From NCBI RefSeq assembly GCF_006345805.1, contig NC_043002.1, positions 71,734,001 to 71,798,000 of the forward strand: 64,000 bases of DNA. The letters are read 5' to 3'. The position numbers were made by a program, and so were the translations under genes. Positions 38,955 through 51,343 of the stretch are shown here, in pieces. The notes beneath the pieces were generated by a model. It was not told the DNA's origin, searched no databases, and was given only the letters and a program-made list of their open reading frames with translations. The stretch is from Octopus sinensis. Taxonomy: Eukaryota. The first letter of the stretch is position 1. Every line of letters starts with the position of its first letter.

Positions 38955-39381
38955 TGAATGTATCATAAATAAACGACCCTGCCCTGCTTAAGCCGATCAG
39001 CTAACTGATCAACATCAACGAAGCACATGGGTGAGTTTACATATATTACATCCTGTAAATGGCATACTTTTACGAATTGCATTTCGGGAGAGGAAAAGTT
39101 TTTTCGGAATAAAAATTTAGCAATTAAGGACAACTACTTAATAAGAAAACTTAACAAGAAATTGTCAGGTAGATAGCGTGAAAACCTCATAAGAGAATAA
39201 ATTCGAAAATAATTATTTCTTATTGAACATATTAATTTATATATAGAGGGCATTATACATACATGCCAGAGAGCATTATACATACATGCCACACGCTAAG
39301 AGGGACAATTAGTCATTTCTACCAAAAATATTACTAATCCTACCGAATGCAATTTTTCAAAATAAGACATTAAAAAATATA

Positions 39382-39426
39382 GACCTGTATCACAGTGATC
39401 TCATACTTACGTATCATCAGCAGGCC
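39382..39426 (-). ncRNA. hammerhead copy with damaged core
   Basis: Same as 38909-38954 but GAAA is GAGA and one stem II base is missing. Confidence 0.7.
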
Positions 39427-39891
39427 TGAATGTATCATAAATAAACGACCCTGCCCCGCTTAGCCGATCAGCTAACTGATCAACATCAACGAAGCACATG
39501 GGTGAGTTTACATATATTACATCCTGTAAATGGCATACTTTTACGAATTGCATTTCGGGAGAGGAAAAGTTTTTTCGGAAAAAATTTAGCAATTAAGGAA
39601 CAACTACTTATAAGGAAAACTTAACAAGAAATTGTCAGGTAGATAGCGTGAAAACCTCATAAGAGAATAAATTTCGAAAATAGATTATTTCTTATTGAAC
39701 ATATTAATTTATATATAGAGGGCATTATACTACATGCCAGAGAGCATTATACATACATGCCACACGCTAAGAGGGACAATTAGTCATTTCTACCAAAAAT
39801 ATTACTAATCCTACCGAATGCAATCGTTTATTTATGGGTCGTTTATTTATCGTTTATTTATGGGCAGGGTCGTTTATTTATGATACATTCA

Positions 39892-39937
39892 GGCCTGCTG
39901 ATGAATACGTAAGTATGAAATCACTGTGATACAGGTC
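39892..39937 (+). ncRNA. type I hammerhead ribozyme, intact, in the inverted copy
   Basis: GGCCTGCTGATGAATACGTAAGTATGAAATCACTGTGATACAGGTC read directly on the + strand. Confidence 0.9.
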
Positions 39938-40094
39938 TATATTTTTTAAATGTCTTATTTTGAAAAATTGCATTCGGTAGGATTAGTAATATTTGGTAGA
40001 AATGACTAATTGTCCCTCTTAGCGTGTGGCATGTATGTATAATGCTCTCTGGCATGTATGTATAATGCCCTCTATATATATTATATATTATAAT

Positions 40095-40125
<31 letters not shown>

Positions 40126-40308
40126 GCAGTTCCTAGATGCAGTTCCAGCGGTTGGGGGTGTTTGTCTCCCCTTCGTATATGTATATAAGGACACAGGAAA
40201 AAAATGTGTCGAAGCTGTCAGGAGGCGTTCGATGCCTCCTAGGGCTATACAACGGTGGTGTACCCCCTACTGTCACGTTCTTGTTATATTGACAGTATAC
40301 AACCATTC

Positions 40309-40385
<77 letters not shown>

Positions 40386-40439
40386 GTCTTCCTGTTATTA
40401 TTGTACTTGCCATAATAATGAATATTTATTTATCCCCAG

Positions 40440-42450
40440 ATATCCAACTATCGTTTGACACGGGCAGCATTAATGGAATGTATGAGGGCATCAAGAAAGC
40501 CATCAGCCGAACCCAGAGGAAGATAGCTCCACACAAATACAGAACAGGGGAAGTTATCAAGAATAAGAAAGAGCAGCTGGTGAGATGGGTGAAACATTAT
40601 TCCGAACTCTACGCCAAAGGAAAAAAAAAACATCTCGGACAGTGTGCTAAACATCGTAGAGCACATACCTGTCGTGGAGGATCTGGACGCACTGCCAACT
40701 GCTGAAGAACTGAGCAGAGCCACTGATGGCTTGGCCACTGGAAAATCACCGGGTTTGGATGGCATCCAATCAGAGATCATCAGATGAGCAAGGAGAGTTC
40801 TACTCAGCCATTTGCTGAAGCTACTGTGTCAATGCTTCGAGGAGGGATTAGTACCGAAAGACATGTTGGACTGCAACATTGTTACCCTATATAAGAACAA
40901 AAGAGACAAAAGTGACTGCAACAACTACCGAGGCATTTCACTGTTAAGCATCATTGGGAAAATCTTTTCCCGTATGGGCTAAATAGGCTACAGAAAATCG
41001 CTGAGAGTGTATACACCGAATCTCAGTGTGGTTTCAGAGCAAAACCCTCCACCATCGACATGATCTCTTTCCAACAGCTACAGGAAAAGTTCCGAGAGCA
41101 GAGACAACCTTCATCGACCTCACAAAGACTTTTGAACTAGTCAGTAGAAACGGCCTGAACAAAACCCTTCCCTAGATTGGCTGTCCTCCACGACTTTGCA
41201 GGATCGTTCGATCATTTCACACAGGTATAAAAGGCTTCGCTCAATTTGACGGCTCTTTTTTCGGAGACATTCAACATACGCAGCGGTGCGAAACAGGGTT
41301 GTGTGCTTGCCCTCACCGTATTTGGCATCATTTTTGCAGTCATGCTGAAACAGGCATTTGGAACATGACCTCCACACCAGATCAAGTGGCAAACTGTTTA
41401 GTCTGTCAAGGCTGAAAGCAAAATTCGAGGTGCTCCAGGTACTCATCAGAGAAATGCTGTTCACAAACGATGCAGCACTCACAGCGCTCTATAAAGATCA
41501 AATGCAGCACCTCGTGGACAAACTTTCAAAACCCTGTCAGGAATTCAGCCTGATTATCAGTCTGAAGAAGATTCAAAGTGTCAAGCACGCCCCCCACCAC
41601 CACCACCACCATCACCAACTACTACTCCATCAACAATACAAGCTGGAGGTTGTCCATCAGTTCACCTATCTCGGCTCTACCCTGGAACCAGAGATCAACA
41701 GGCGAATCGGACAAGCATCCGCAACATTTAGCAGGCTCACAAAGTGAGTCTGGGAAAACAGAAATATTGGCAGGAAACACAAAAAGTCCTGTCTATAAGG
41801 CATATCTCCTTAGTACATTACTTTATGAAGTGAGTGGTGGAGTCTCTACTCTAGACAGGAGTGGCGTCTCAATGTCTTTCACCTTCGTAATTTGAGACGC
41901 ATCTTGGACATCAAGTGGACCGACCACATCACCAAAACCGAAGTTCTCAACCGAGCCAAGATAGCCTGCATACACATCTTGCTCCAGCAGCATCTTTTGC
42001 GTTGGTTCATCGCCAGCATGACGGAAGGATCCCAAAAGAACTCCTGTATGGGGAATTGTCAACCGGCACAAGAGCACGAAAACGATCTCATTTTCATTTC
42101 AAAAACGTCTGTAAGAGTGATATTAAGTCGTTTTATCTGAACGTCCTGAGATGGGAGGAGGTTGAAAATGATCACCCACACTAGAGGCAAATACTGCAAA
42201 GGGGAATGAAGAGAGCTGAAGCAAAACCCGAACTCGCTATCAAGGAAAAGCACACTCGACGGTAGGAAAAATCAATAGCACCGGGAGAGAGCTCTTTCAA
42301 AATGCAGTCACTGTATGCGTGACTGCCACTTCTGTGTGGGCCTGTAAATCCACAACAGACACTGCACCACCACCAGCAGCTGACGCGATTTCTTCGGGTG
42401 CAGATCCATGGCCCCTCGAGACCAACAGATGCCTACTATTACAATTTATT
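40440..42450 (+). mobile_element. RTE (BovB-like) LINE, 5'-truncated pseudogene
   Basis: EQLVRWVKHYSELY, NYRGISLLS, ESQCGFR, GAKQGCVLA, LFTNDAAL, FTYLGS and PKELLYGEL across shifted frames. Confidence 0.93.
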
Positions 42451-42543
42451 CCCAGCAATGGATTCACAATATTATTCCTTAACTGCTTTATATCAACTAG
42501 AGAGCAAGTATATTGATCTTTACATACAAAATTTGGTACTTAC

Positions 42544-42589
42544 ACCCAATAGCTAGTTGAAATGGAACAGGCCATATTGTCTTGCTTCC
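42544..42589 (-). CDS. candidate 46-nt exon (GSKTIWPVPFQLAIG)
   Basis: tagtgttttag|GGAAGC...ATTGGGT|gtaagt. Phase 0 to 1, which joins in frame to 30345-30429. Confidence 0.4.
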
Positions 42590-43879
42590 CTAAAAACACT
42601 ATCAAAATAATCGATCTCTTAATCAATCAGATGCTGTTTCTATATCGTATTCAATCGATCGTTTTCGTCTCTGTACGTTATTTTCAATGTTGCTTTTTGC
42701 ATTTTTTTTTTTAGTTTCATGTAACCAGAAGAGAGGTAATACAAAAAAAAATCTGCTCTGGAGGAAATGGTAAAGGTAAAGGAAATAAATTAAATATGAT
42801 GAAGCTTCAATTTCGGTTCAATTCGGTTGCTACACTTTAATGTCATACGAAATAATTTCTTGCATACGAAGCAGTAAAGGTGAAGGGAAGCAGAATAACG
42901 AAAAGTCAATATATTCATACCTTCCGTAAGAGCCATCAGTGACTTGAGGAAAGCGGAAATCGAATCCAGATTGCTAACTCAAATCGTTCATAACCAACCG
43001 CCAACGCACAAATCTATGTTCTATTTTGTTTTTCTATATATAACACATATGTATCAATATTTTAAGCCGTCAGTAATATCTTATGACATAGTATTTGAAA
43101 GATTATCTTCAATCTATCTGACAGCACAGGTGCAGCAGGTTAGATGCACCGAACGAAATGATTGGTTTTTGTCATATTTTGACACACTGTTATGCAATCC
43201 ATCCTACAGTGTAAGTTATGTAATTAAGTATTCAGGTAAATGTGTATTATTGCATACACAATACATATGTACACATCAAAGTTCAAAGTATACGTACATA
43301 CACACAAACACACATATACATACACATATATGTACGTATGTGTGTGTGTATGTGTTTGTGTTTGTGTGTGTGGGTGGGTGCCTAGAACGTAATGTTGAAC
43401 AAATCAGGTATGCGTAATATGTGTAATATGCAGTCGCTTGTGCGACTAGAAATAGCTGCTAAATATTCTTCAACACACATGCCACTACCTGAAAAGAATG
43501 CTAAAATATCTCTGATGTGCTTACTTATACTTGTGGCAGCATCCATTCCGGATGGGTTCAGGCGTCTCCGAACAACGAGTTCATATTCAGAATTTCAAAG
43601 GGAATACAAGTTCATATTTGATCCGAGTAAATGAGTTTGTTCTGAATATGTACGTGATATTAGACGGGGTTCCAATGGGGAGGGCGACCGTGGTGTTTTT
43701 CTAGTATTTCGAAGGTTAGCCTTCTAAGGTTTCCTCCCCTCAAAACTAATTGGGTAATTTTCATTGTTTAAAATATTGTCACAGTATTGATTTTGCTGTA
43801 AATCTCTATTTTATATTTTATACCAAAGTATTTCATGCCTTATATATAAGCCCTTATATCCAGTAAAGATTCGATTATT

Positions 43880-44475
43880 ATTATTATTATCATTATTATT
43901 ATTATATTATTATTATTGAGTGAGAGAGAAGCGCATGCCATCAAAGTGACACTGGGGTAAAATATACGAATCCATCATGGCTATCGAAGCCATCATGGCT
44001 ACCCGTCTGATAAGGGTAAACCAGTTGCATGCATGACAACAATATGTGCGCTACATGATGATGTCATATCACGATAAACAACAGATGAACTTGCAGGTTG
44101 GGGCCTAGTTTGAACTTTCTTCATGTCGAGTAACCCATCCCGCACAAAGGTTCCTTGAATAAGGTTTGTTTAAGGATTATGAACGAAACACCCATGTTTC
44201 CAGAAGTGAATTATTCAGACCCCAACAAATTCCTCTCAACACATGGCTATGACACTCCCTCACTACTCCTGCTTGTGATCAGAAATGTACATATTGTCAG
44301 CCACTTAGGGACATGCTCAACTGGTTATGGTCAAGCAACTAAAAAGCAAATATGTGGTATTAGTAGAATATTTGTTATAGCCAATTTTTTATACCAAAGA
44401 CAAAACATATAACATGAAAATACTTCCAATTAGTTAAGATTAGCAGCCATGAGAGCTACTGCCTGGTACTGCTCG
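43880..44475. repeat. probable interspersed repeat (LINE-like 3' end with (ATT)n tail), family unidentified
   Basis: An (ATT)n tail abuts complex non-coding sequence. The assignment is inference. Confidence 0.35.
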
Positions 44476-45291
44476 TCTTTAAGTGTTGAGTTCAAATGCC
44501 TCCGAAGTCAACTTTGCTTTTCGGGGTCGATAGAATAAGAACCAGTTGAGCACTGTGGTCGGTGTAATCGACTTAACACCTTCCTCGAAACTGTTGGCCT
44601 TGTGCTAAAACTTGAAATAAGTAGAAGTAGTAGTAGGAGGAGGAGATGGAAGAGAGAAGAGGGGGGAGCAAGCGGAGGAAATTCTAATTTCCATGTCTAC
44701 TGGTCCATTGTTACATTTATTTATCTAAAGTTGTCTGGCAGCTATTTCTAGTAAATCGAGTAGATGAATTGGAATTTTCTCGTTAGCTTGGGAAGAAACA
44801 AAAAGACATATAGACAAAAAAAATCTGCTTCATCGATCAGGGGAAGTGAAACCTAGCCATCGACATCAGCCTGGAAGGAAATGCATCATTATTACCCCCG
44901 TCTCTCTTCCTAAGCCTAGCTAACAAAGGAATGGAACAAGTAATAAAAGCCGACATTTTTATTTTTCATATACAAAAGAAGGGGTTTGTGAACTTGAAAT
45001 GCAAAGCTTGTATAGAAATGAAATAACAACTTGTACAGCAGAAATGAACAACATAGGAATACTACAAAACCACAACAGCATGAATAGAGACATTTAGGTA
45101 TTAACATGTCCGACTGAAATGATTTCATGTTATATTTTATAGGCGGACAACGGTATAGGGCAGTTAATGTATTATTCCATTAAATAAATTTCATATCCTT
45201 TACGATATGTACATATACGACATATATGTATTTGTGTATATGACTGAACGTATCCATACATAATGCTTATATATACGTATATAGATATACA

Positions 45292-45374
<83 letters not shown>

Positions 45375-45384
45375 GTATATATAC

Positions 45385-46232
45385 ATGATGGAACTAACGC
45401 AGTTCAATGCTGATAAGTTTCAAGAATTCCGCTATCAGCCTACAAATAGACTACACTCAGAATACATAGGATCAGTGGGGAATCTAATCCCAGAGTGAGA
45501 ATCGGTGTGTGACCTAAGAATCCACATGAGAAGTGATGCAACATTCCATGTGCATAATGCCAGGATGGCAACACTCAGAACCAGAAATAAGGATATCTTG
45601 CTACTCCTATGGAGGACATTTGTCTTCAGTCATTTAGATTACTGCTCCAAAATGTGGTCGCCGCTGAGCATCAAATTGGTGGTGGGACTTCAAGGAATCC
45701 AGTTCCACTACACAAAGAAGAATGACTCGGTAAAACGGATGAGCTACTGGTAGTGGTTACAAGAACTGAAGCTCTACTCCCTGGAGAGAAGATGAGAAAG
45801 GTATGCAGTGATATAAATATGAAAGATACCGGAAAGAAAGTCTAGCTCCCAACTTTGGAAGAAAAAAGCCATAACAACCACCGAACTGGACACGCTGCAT
45901 AATACCAAGGATACCGTCTTCTTAATGTCAGATACGGATCCAGTTTTGCAACAGCTTGGGTATCAGGGGACTAGAACTGTTTAACATCCTGCAGAACTTA
46001 CTAGGTCTGCAACGTGTAGATGTGGAAACTTCCAAACAGCACCTGAACAAATTTTTACCTGAAAATCCCAGTTGAGCCCACATCGCGGCAGGTAGCCCAA
46101 ACAAAAGCAGCTTCGTCCATCTAGCCTTTCCCGAAAAAAAAGAACGGAAATGAAATCCCCAAACACTATAAGGAAGTACTCCAGCATGGCCCCAGCCTGT
46201 GACTGCTAGCTGAAGCCATTAAAAGTAAAAGG
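45385..46232 (+). mobile_element. CR1/L2-type LINE 3' end
   Basis: TFVFSHLDYCSKMWSP, then LKLYSLERR*ERYAVIY, then a 3' UTR ending in an S2-like tail. Confidence 0.85.
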
Positions 46233-46246
46233 AAAATATATATAGT

Positions 46247-46289
<43 letters not shown>

Positions 46290-46379
46290 GTTTACACACA
46301 CACACAGGTATATAATATATATGTATGTGTGTGTGTGTGTGTGTGTGTGTATACACAAACACGTATATAATATATATAT

Positions 46380-46417
<38 letters not shown>

Positions 46418-46789
46418 GGATAGTAGATGTACGTACATGTATATGCAATTCTGACTGTATTTCACACGTGAATATAAGCAAGAGAATATTGATGAACAAA
46501 TGAACGAAGAAAATTTTGAAGTATGTCCAAATGTAAATGCATGATGTGAATGAATACACAAACACACATACACATTCGCTAACCTACATATATATATATA
46601 CACATGCAAACACACAAAAGCGTATATATATCTATATACACATGGATAGATTCTTGTACATTTGGTCACAGAGTAATGTACACGTCTACATGGTTATAGA
46701 TGTTTATATATTTATGAATTCAAAGTTATTGCATATATCTAGCGTATTCGTCCACAATTTCTTTTTTGCGTACTCTGATATGAATATAT

Positions 46790-46832
46790 TTCTGAATTCG
46801 TATGCATTTGTGTGCCCGCGTTGGTGCATACA

Positions 46833-46885
<53 letters not shown>

Positions 46886-46987
46886 ATGCGTATATTCTGT
46901 CTCACTCTCTCTCTCTATATATATATATATGTATATATGCATATATATATGTCTATATATATGTATGTATATATATATATACATATA

Positions 46988-47022
<35 letters not shown>

Positions 47023-47023
47023 C

Positions 47024-47100
<77 letters not shown>

Positions 47101-47198
47101 GTTGAGAAAAAGTAAGATGATTAAAAGTGAGAGAGGACGATAGATTGATGCATACACACATATTTACCATGAATATACTTATAATCAAATGTATGTGT

Positions 47199-47229
<31 letters not shown>

Positions 47230-47444
47230 GTATGTATATGTGTGTATGTGCACGTCTGTGCGTGTGTGTATATGCATGAACTATATTCATCTACGTATGT
47301 ATGTATGTATATGTATATACATGCATATATATTCTGGTTGTCCGTGATTAAAGCGCAGAACTAATACATACAAACTTACATGTATATAGAATATATGTAA
47401 CATATATGAATTAACTGAGTTTTTCCTAATTTGCATGATCTAAT

Positions 47445-47482
<38 letters not shown>

Positions 47483-47815
47483 ACACATACAGATAATGAC
47501 ATTCATAATCATACGCATTAATTCCAGAATATGTATATAAAGAATTAACACAGATATAATTAATTTTGCAGTTATATGCATCATTCAACTCGTTTTCCTA
47601 TATGCAGGGCAAAGTGCGTGTCTATCTATATTTTGCCATTCTCTCTAGAGCCATATATGAATAAATTACAAAAGTAGACAGCCTCCTGATTTGCTGGTAA
47701 CTATTCACCTCACGGCACTTAATTTTGCTCGCATGTTGTATATTAAATTCTTGAATATGTGAATATCGTTTACCCGTTACAGTTCCATGTTATCTGGGCT
47801 CTCCACACCTATATA

Positions 47816-47892
<77 letters not shown>

Positions 47893-48094
47893 ATATATTA
47901 TATTATATATATATATACATATATTATATATATATATATATATATCTATATATATATATATATTATATATATATATATACGTATATATATATATTATATA
48001 TATATATATACATATATATATTATATTATATATATACATATATATATATATCTATATATATATATATATACATATAAATTATATATATATACAT

Positions 48095-48142
<48 letters not shown>

Positions 48143-48193
48143 GGTATATGTGTGTGTATGTATGTACATGAATATATGCATGCTTTATATATT

Positions 48194-48239
<46 letters not shown>

Positions 48240-48360
48240 TACATTTATATATGTGCGTGTGTGTGTATGTACATACATATATATGTATGTACATACACAT
48301 ATTCATTTATACATATATATATGTGTGTGTGTGTGTGTGTATAGGGGAGAGAGAGAGAGA
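46790..48360. repeat. extended compound (TA)n/(TG)n/(GA)n microsatellite field
   Basis: Directly visible. Confidence 0.9.
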
Positions 48361-48925
48361 AAGAATGAGAAACAAAGACAGAGAGAGACTTTTACATGTA
48401 TATAGATATATGCATGTACATATATATGGTAATGTAAGTGTTCAAATTACACAGAAAGATATATATATTTACATATCAACTTATATAGGAATCAATAGAT
48501 TGGTGATACAAATATTTATTACAACAAAACTTGACTGTCTACTCTGAGTTTCGCCGTTGGCTGCTCACAGCTGTGGAACACAAAATTATTTCCAGCATTT
48601 ATTAGTAGAAATGGACCCAGACATCAAGTACACTTAATACTTGACCCTTTAAGACGCCAACATTTGTTCAGTGAGCACAAATGGCATCTATCTTCGATAT
48701 TTACCTATCTCTAAAAACGAAGTTCTGCTCTCAGGAGGTTGTATACAATCACGTGTTTTTGTTTTGTTTTTTATTGTTGTTATTTTGTTTTCTGTTGGCT
48801 AGTTTCTATTCATGCACACACATGGATGCATGCACACACTTACTTTCGCACGCGCACACAAGAGAACGCAAAACACATTCTAACCCTGAATTTTAATTAT
48901 ACTTAAAATGAGATCTTATTTATAC

Positions 48926-49259
48926 CAAGGTTTCTCAATCATACTTTATCTATGGAGTTCTTTCCTTACTATTTCAGTCTGGTGGGCTCCTATAGCCAAT
49001 CGTATTTTAAAATTATAGAAACGTCTTTCAAAATTCCTATTTAGTTTGTCACACATTAACATGTGTAGGTGGAACTATGTAAAATGTTAGAGAATTAATC
49101 CTATCTGTTTCTTACAATACGCATATATCTAAAGCAAAACTTTTTCAGAGCGCATTAAGATATCATAGTGCTTGCCCAATTAACTATTTTATTACGTGGA
49201 TCCCTAAAAGTGTTATATGGACCTTCAGGGGCTATATGGACCCCGTTTGAGAACCACTG
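48926..49259. mobile_element. hAT-type MITE with 8-bp TSD
   Basis: CAAGGTTTCTCAA ... TTGAGAACCACTG termini, flanked by ATTTATAC and ATTTATAT. Confidence 0.7.
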
Positions 49260-49426
49260 ATTTATATAATAAATTACGATTTTACAATCCTACTGATGTT
49301 CTCACCTACACACACACGCTTCAGGCATTCACCTAATTTTATGATTACTACGTGTTTCTTTTTCTCTACTATAGTTGTAATTAGCCAAGGGCGAATCACA
49401 GATTGTTAACTTTTGATACTGTCTTT

Positions 49427-49475
<49 letters not shown>

Positions 49476-49539
49476 CTTTGCATGTCACCTTTACCTTGTG
49501 TTGCTATGTCTTAAAAAGCCTAGCATGAAGTCCTTACGT

Positions 49540-50040
49540 ATATACATTCTGTCTAGTGTCAGGATATCGCACTCAAGCATAACAATAATGCAAGAAAGTA
49601 GTTCTTTTCGGCATCCTTTATATCATGCAACTTCACAGAGATAGAGTTCATTAATTCCAGTGACTTCAGCTCACACGCCAATATATAAGCACGTAATGAT
49701 GTGACTGAACATTTCCATGCATCCAAACTGAGTAACTGCAGTAGGCTCGACCGGTTTATCACTGCGAATGACTTCTTCAAATCAACGAAGACTACATATA
49801 ATGCCATTTTCTTCGCCTCGCGATGTACTTTAATCTGTCGCACCTAGAGCACCACATTTATGGTATTTCCTCTTCTGACGAAACCATATGGGTTTACTGA
49901 TGAAACGCTCGAGATATGTTTTCATTTGTCTGCCTCGCAAATCACTTACGATAATCTTCCAGCCAGTAGCAAGCTGGTTAAAGCCCTCACTCAACCCTTT
50001 AAATACTGAGGCAATACTAGATTGTTTTATAGTCATAATA
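49540..50040 (-). mobile_element. degenerate RTE RT fragment
   Basis: LYVVFVDLKKSF and LATGWKII motifs. Confidence 0.75.
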
Positions 50041-50454
50041 ATTATTTACATCACCCCACGAGTCACTAACTATATTTAGTAGCATTGTTAAGTTCATCTC
50101 TACAGATTTTCTATAGAAATTTGATCATCTTATCAATCACTCAATAAACACAAATGCATGCCCGCTTGCACACACACATGAACAAACACTCACATATATA
50201 TATGTATGTATATATATAATTCAATCACCACTAATTGTGGTTGAGGGTAGTTAGTAATACCTATATTGCTTCAAATAAAAGTTAAAACTCTTAGAGCTGC
50301 AAGGAACCATCTCTTGTCATGTCAGTATATCAAAACAGCTGCCTTCGATATTTTGTAAGTTTTACATTAGCATTTCGCTAAAGCAGCCATAAATTTATAT
50401 GCTATATATACTGGCATTCTGGATTTAGCCAAACCTTTCGGTGATGGAGTAGTC

Positions 50455-50497
50455 ACTACTGACGAGCCTGAAATTTCACAGGCTAAACTTGTCTAGT
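50455..50497 (+). ncRNA. minimal hammerhead with G12 mutated
   Basis: acta-CTGACGA-gcctg-aaatttca-caggc-TAAA-c-tt-g-TC-tagt. Confidence 0.6.
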
Positions 50498-50891
50498 CTA
50501 GTGATCTAGCTTCAGTTATGACATGGTTACCTCCCCTGTCAGTATATGAGAAGGTGGTTCTTTGCAGTTCTATATAAATATATTCAAAATTCAAGGAATG
50601 AAGCACATTACGCTATCAATGAAAGACCTGTAGTCTGCATTTTATGTACTCTGTTCCCTTACTTTTAGATGTTTATTCGCGTTTACAACCCCTGTTGCGA
50701 ACCGTGAACTATAAAATTAATTTTTTTTTCCTTCTTAACGTATTTTGATACGGGAAATACTCACAACCGTCTGCGCCAATAAAACATTGTTCCTGGAAGT
50801 TGTCTTTTTATGTCTATTGTGGATTTCTTGAAGGTCACTAACTTCGTACAACTTGATACTTGGACGTTACCTTTACACATCTCTTTCTCCC

Positions 50892-50926
<35 letters not shown>

Positions 50927-51126
50927 ATATATGTATATATATTTTTTTCTCTCCGAGTATATATATATACTCTCTCCTTGTTTCTTTCTGTGTTCTTTTC
51001 TGTGGAAGACCGTAGGCTCGAAACGTTAAAGACTTTTTCAATTCCCGAGCGTTATACTAATAAATCTGCTTGTTTTCTACACCACCTGTCTTCGTCTTTT
51101 GTGTTTTTGTGAATTCTCCACCCCCT

Positions 51127-51171
<45 letters not shown>

Positions 51172-51185
51172 TTCCTCATGCATAC

Positions 51186-51221
<36 letters not shown>

Positions 51222-51229
51222 ATGTATAC

Positions 51230-51343
<114 letters not shown>

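Larger units (their letters stand above)
38637..40078 (-). mobile_element. tandem array of a 473-bp hammerhead-bearing unit (2.5 copies) plus an inverted partial copy; retrozyme/pLTR-like family B
   Basis: Units start near 38641, 39118 and 39587. The inverted copy is at about 39860-40078. (TA)n on both sides. Confidence 0.85.

Noticed and set aside
42715-42735. Plus-strand 21-nt microexon candidate after a poly-T tract
   Set aside because: It has no supporting duplicate, partner exon or conservation. Such sites are expected by chance.
42921-42990. Possible first coding exon (MALTEG|gtatga) upstream of the 42544-42589 exon
   Set aside because: It forces a frame (KQDNMACSISTSYWV) that hits a stop in the 30345-30429 exon. 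It is compatible only if that exon is skipped or this exon is UTR, so it is unresolved.
42944-43634. ORFs of 157 and 80 aa as genes
   Set aside because: No recognisable motif, non-ATG or microsatellite-extended frames.
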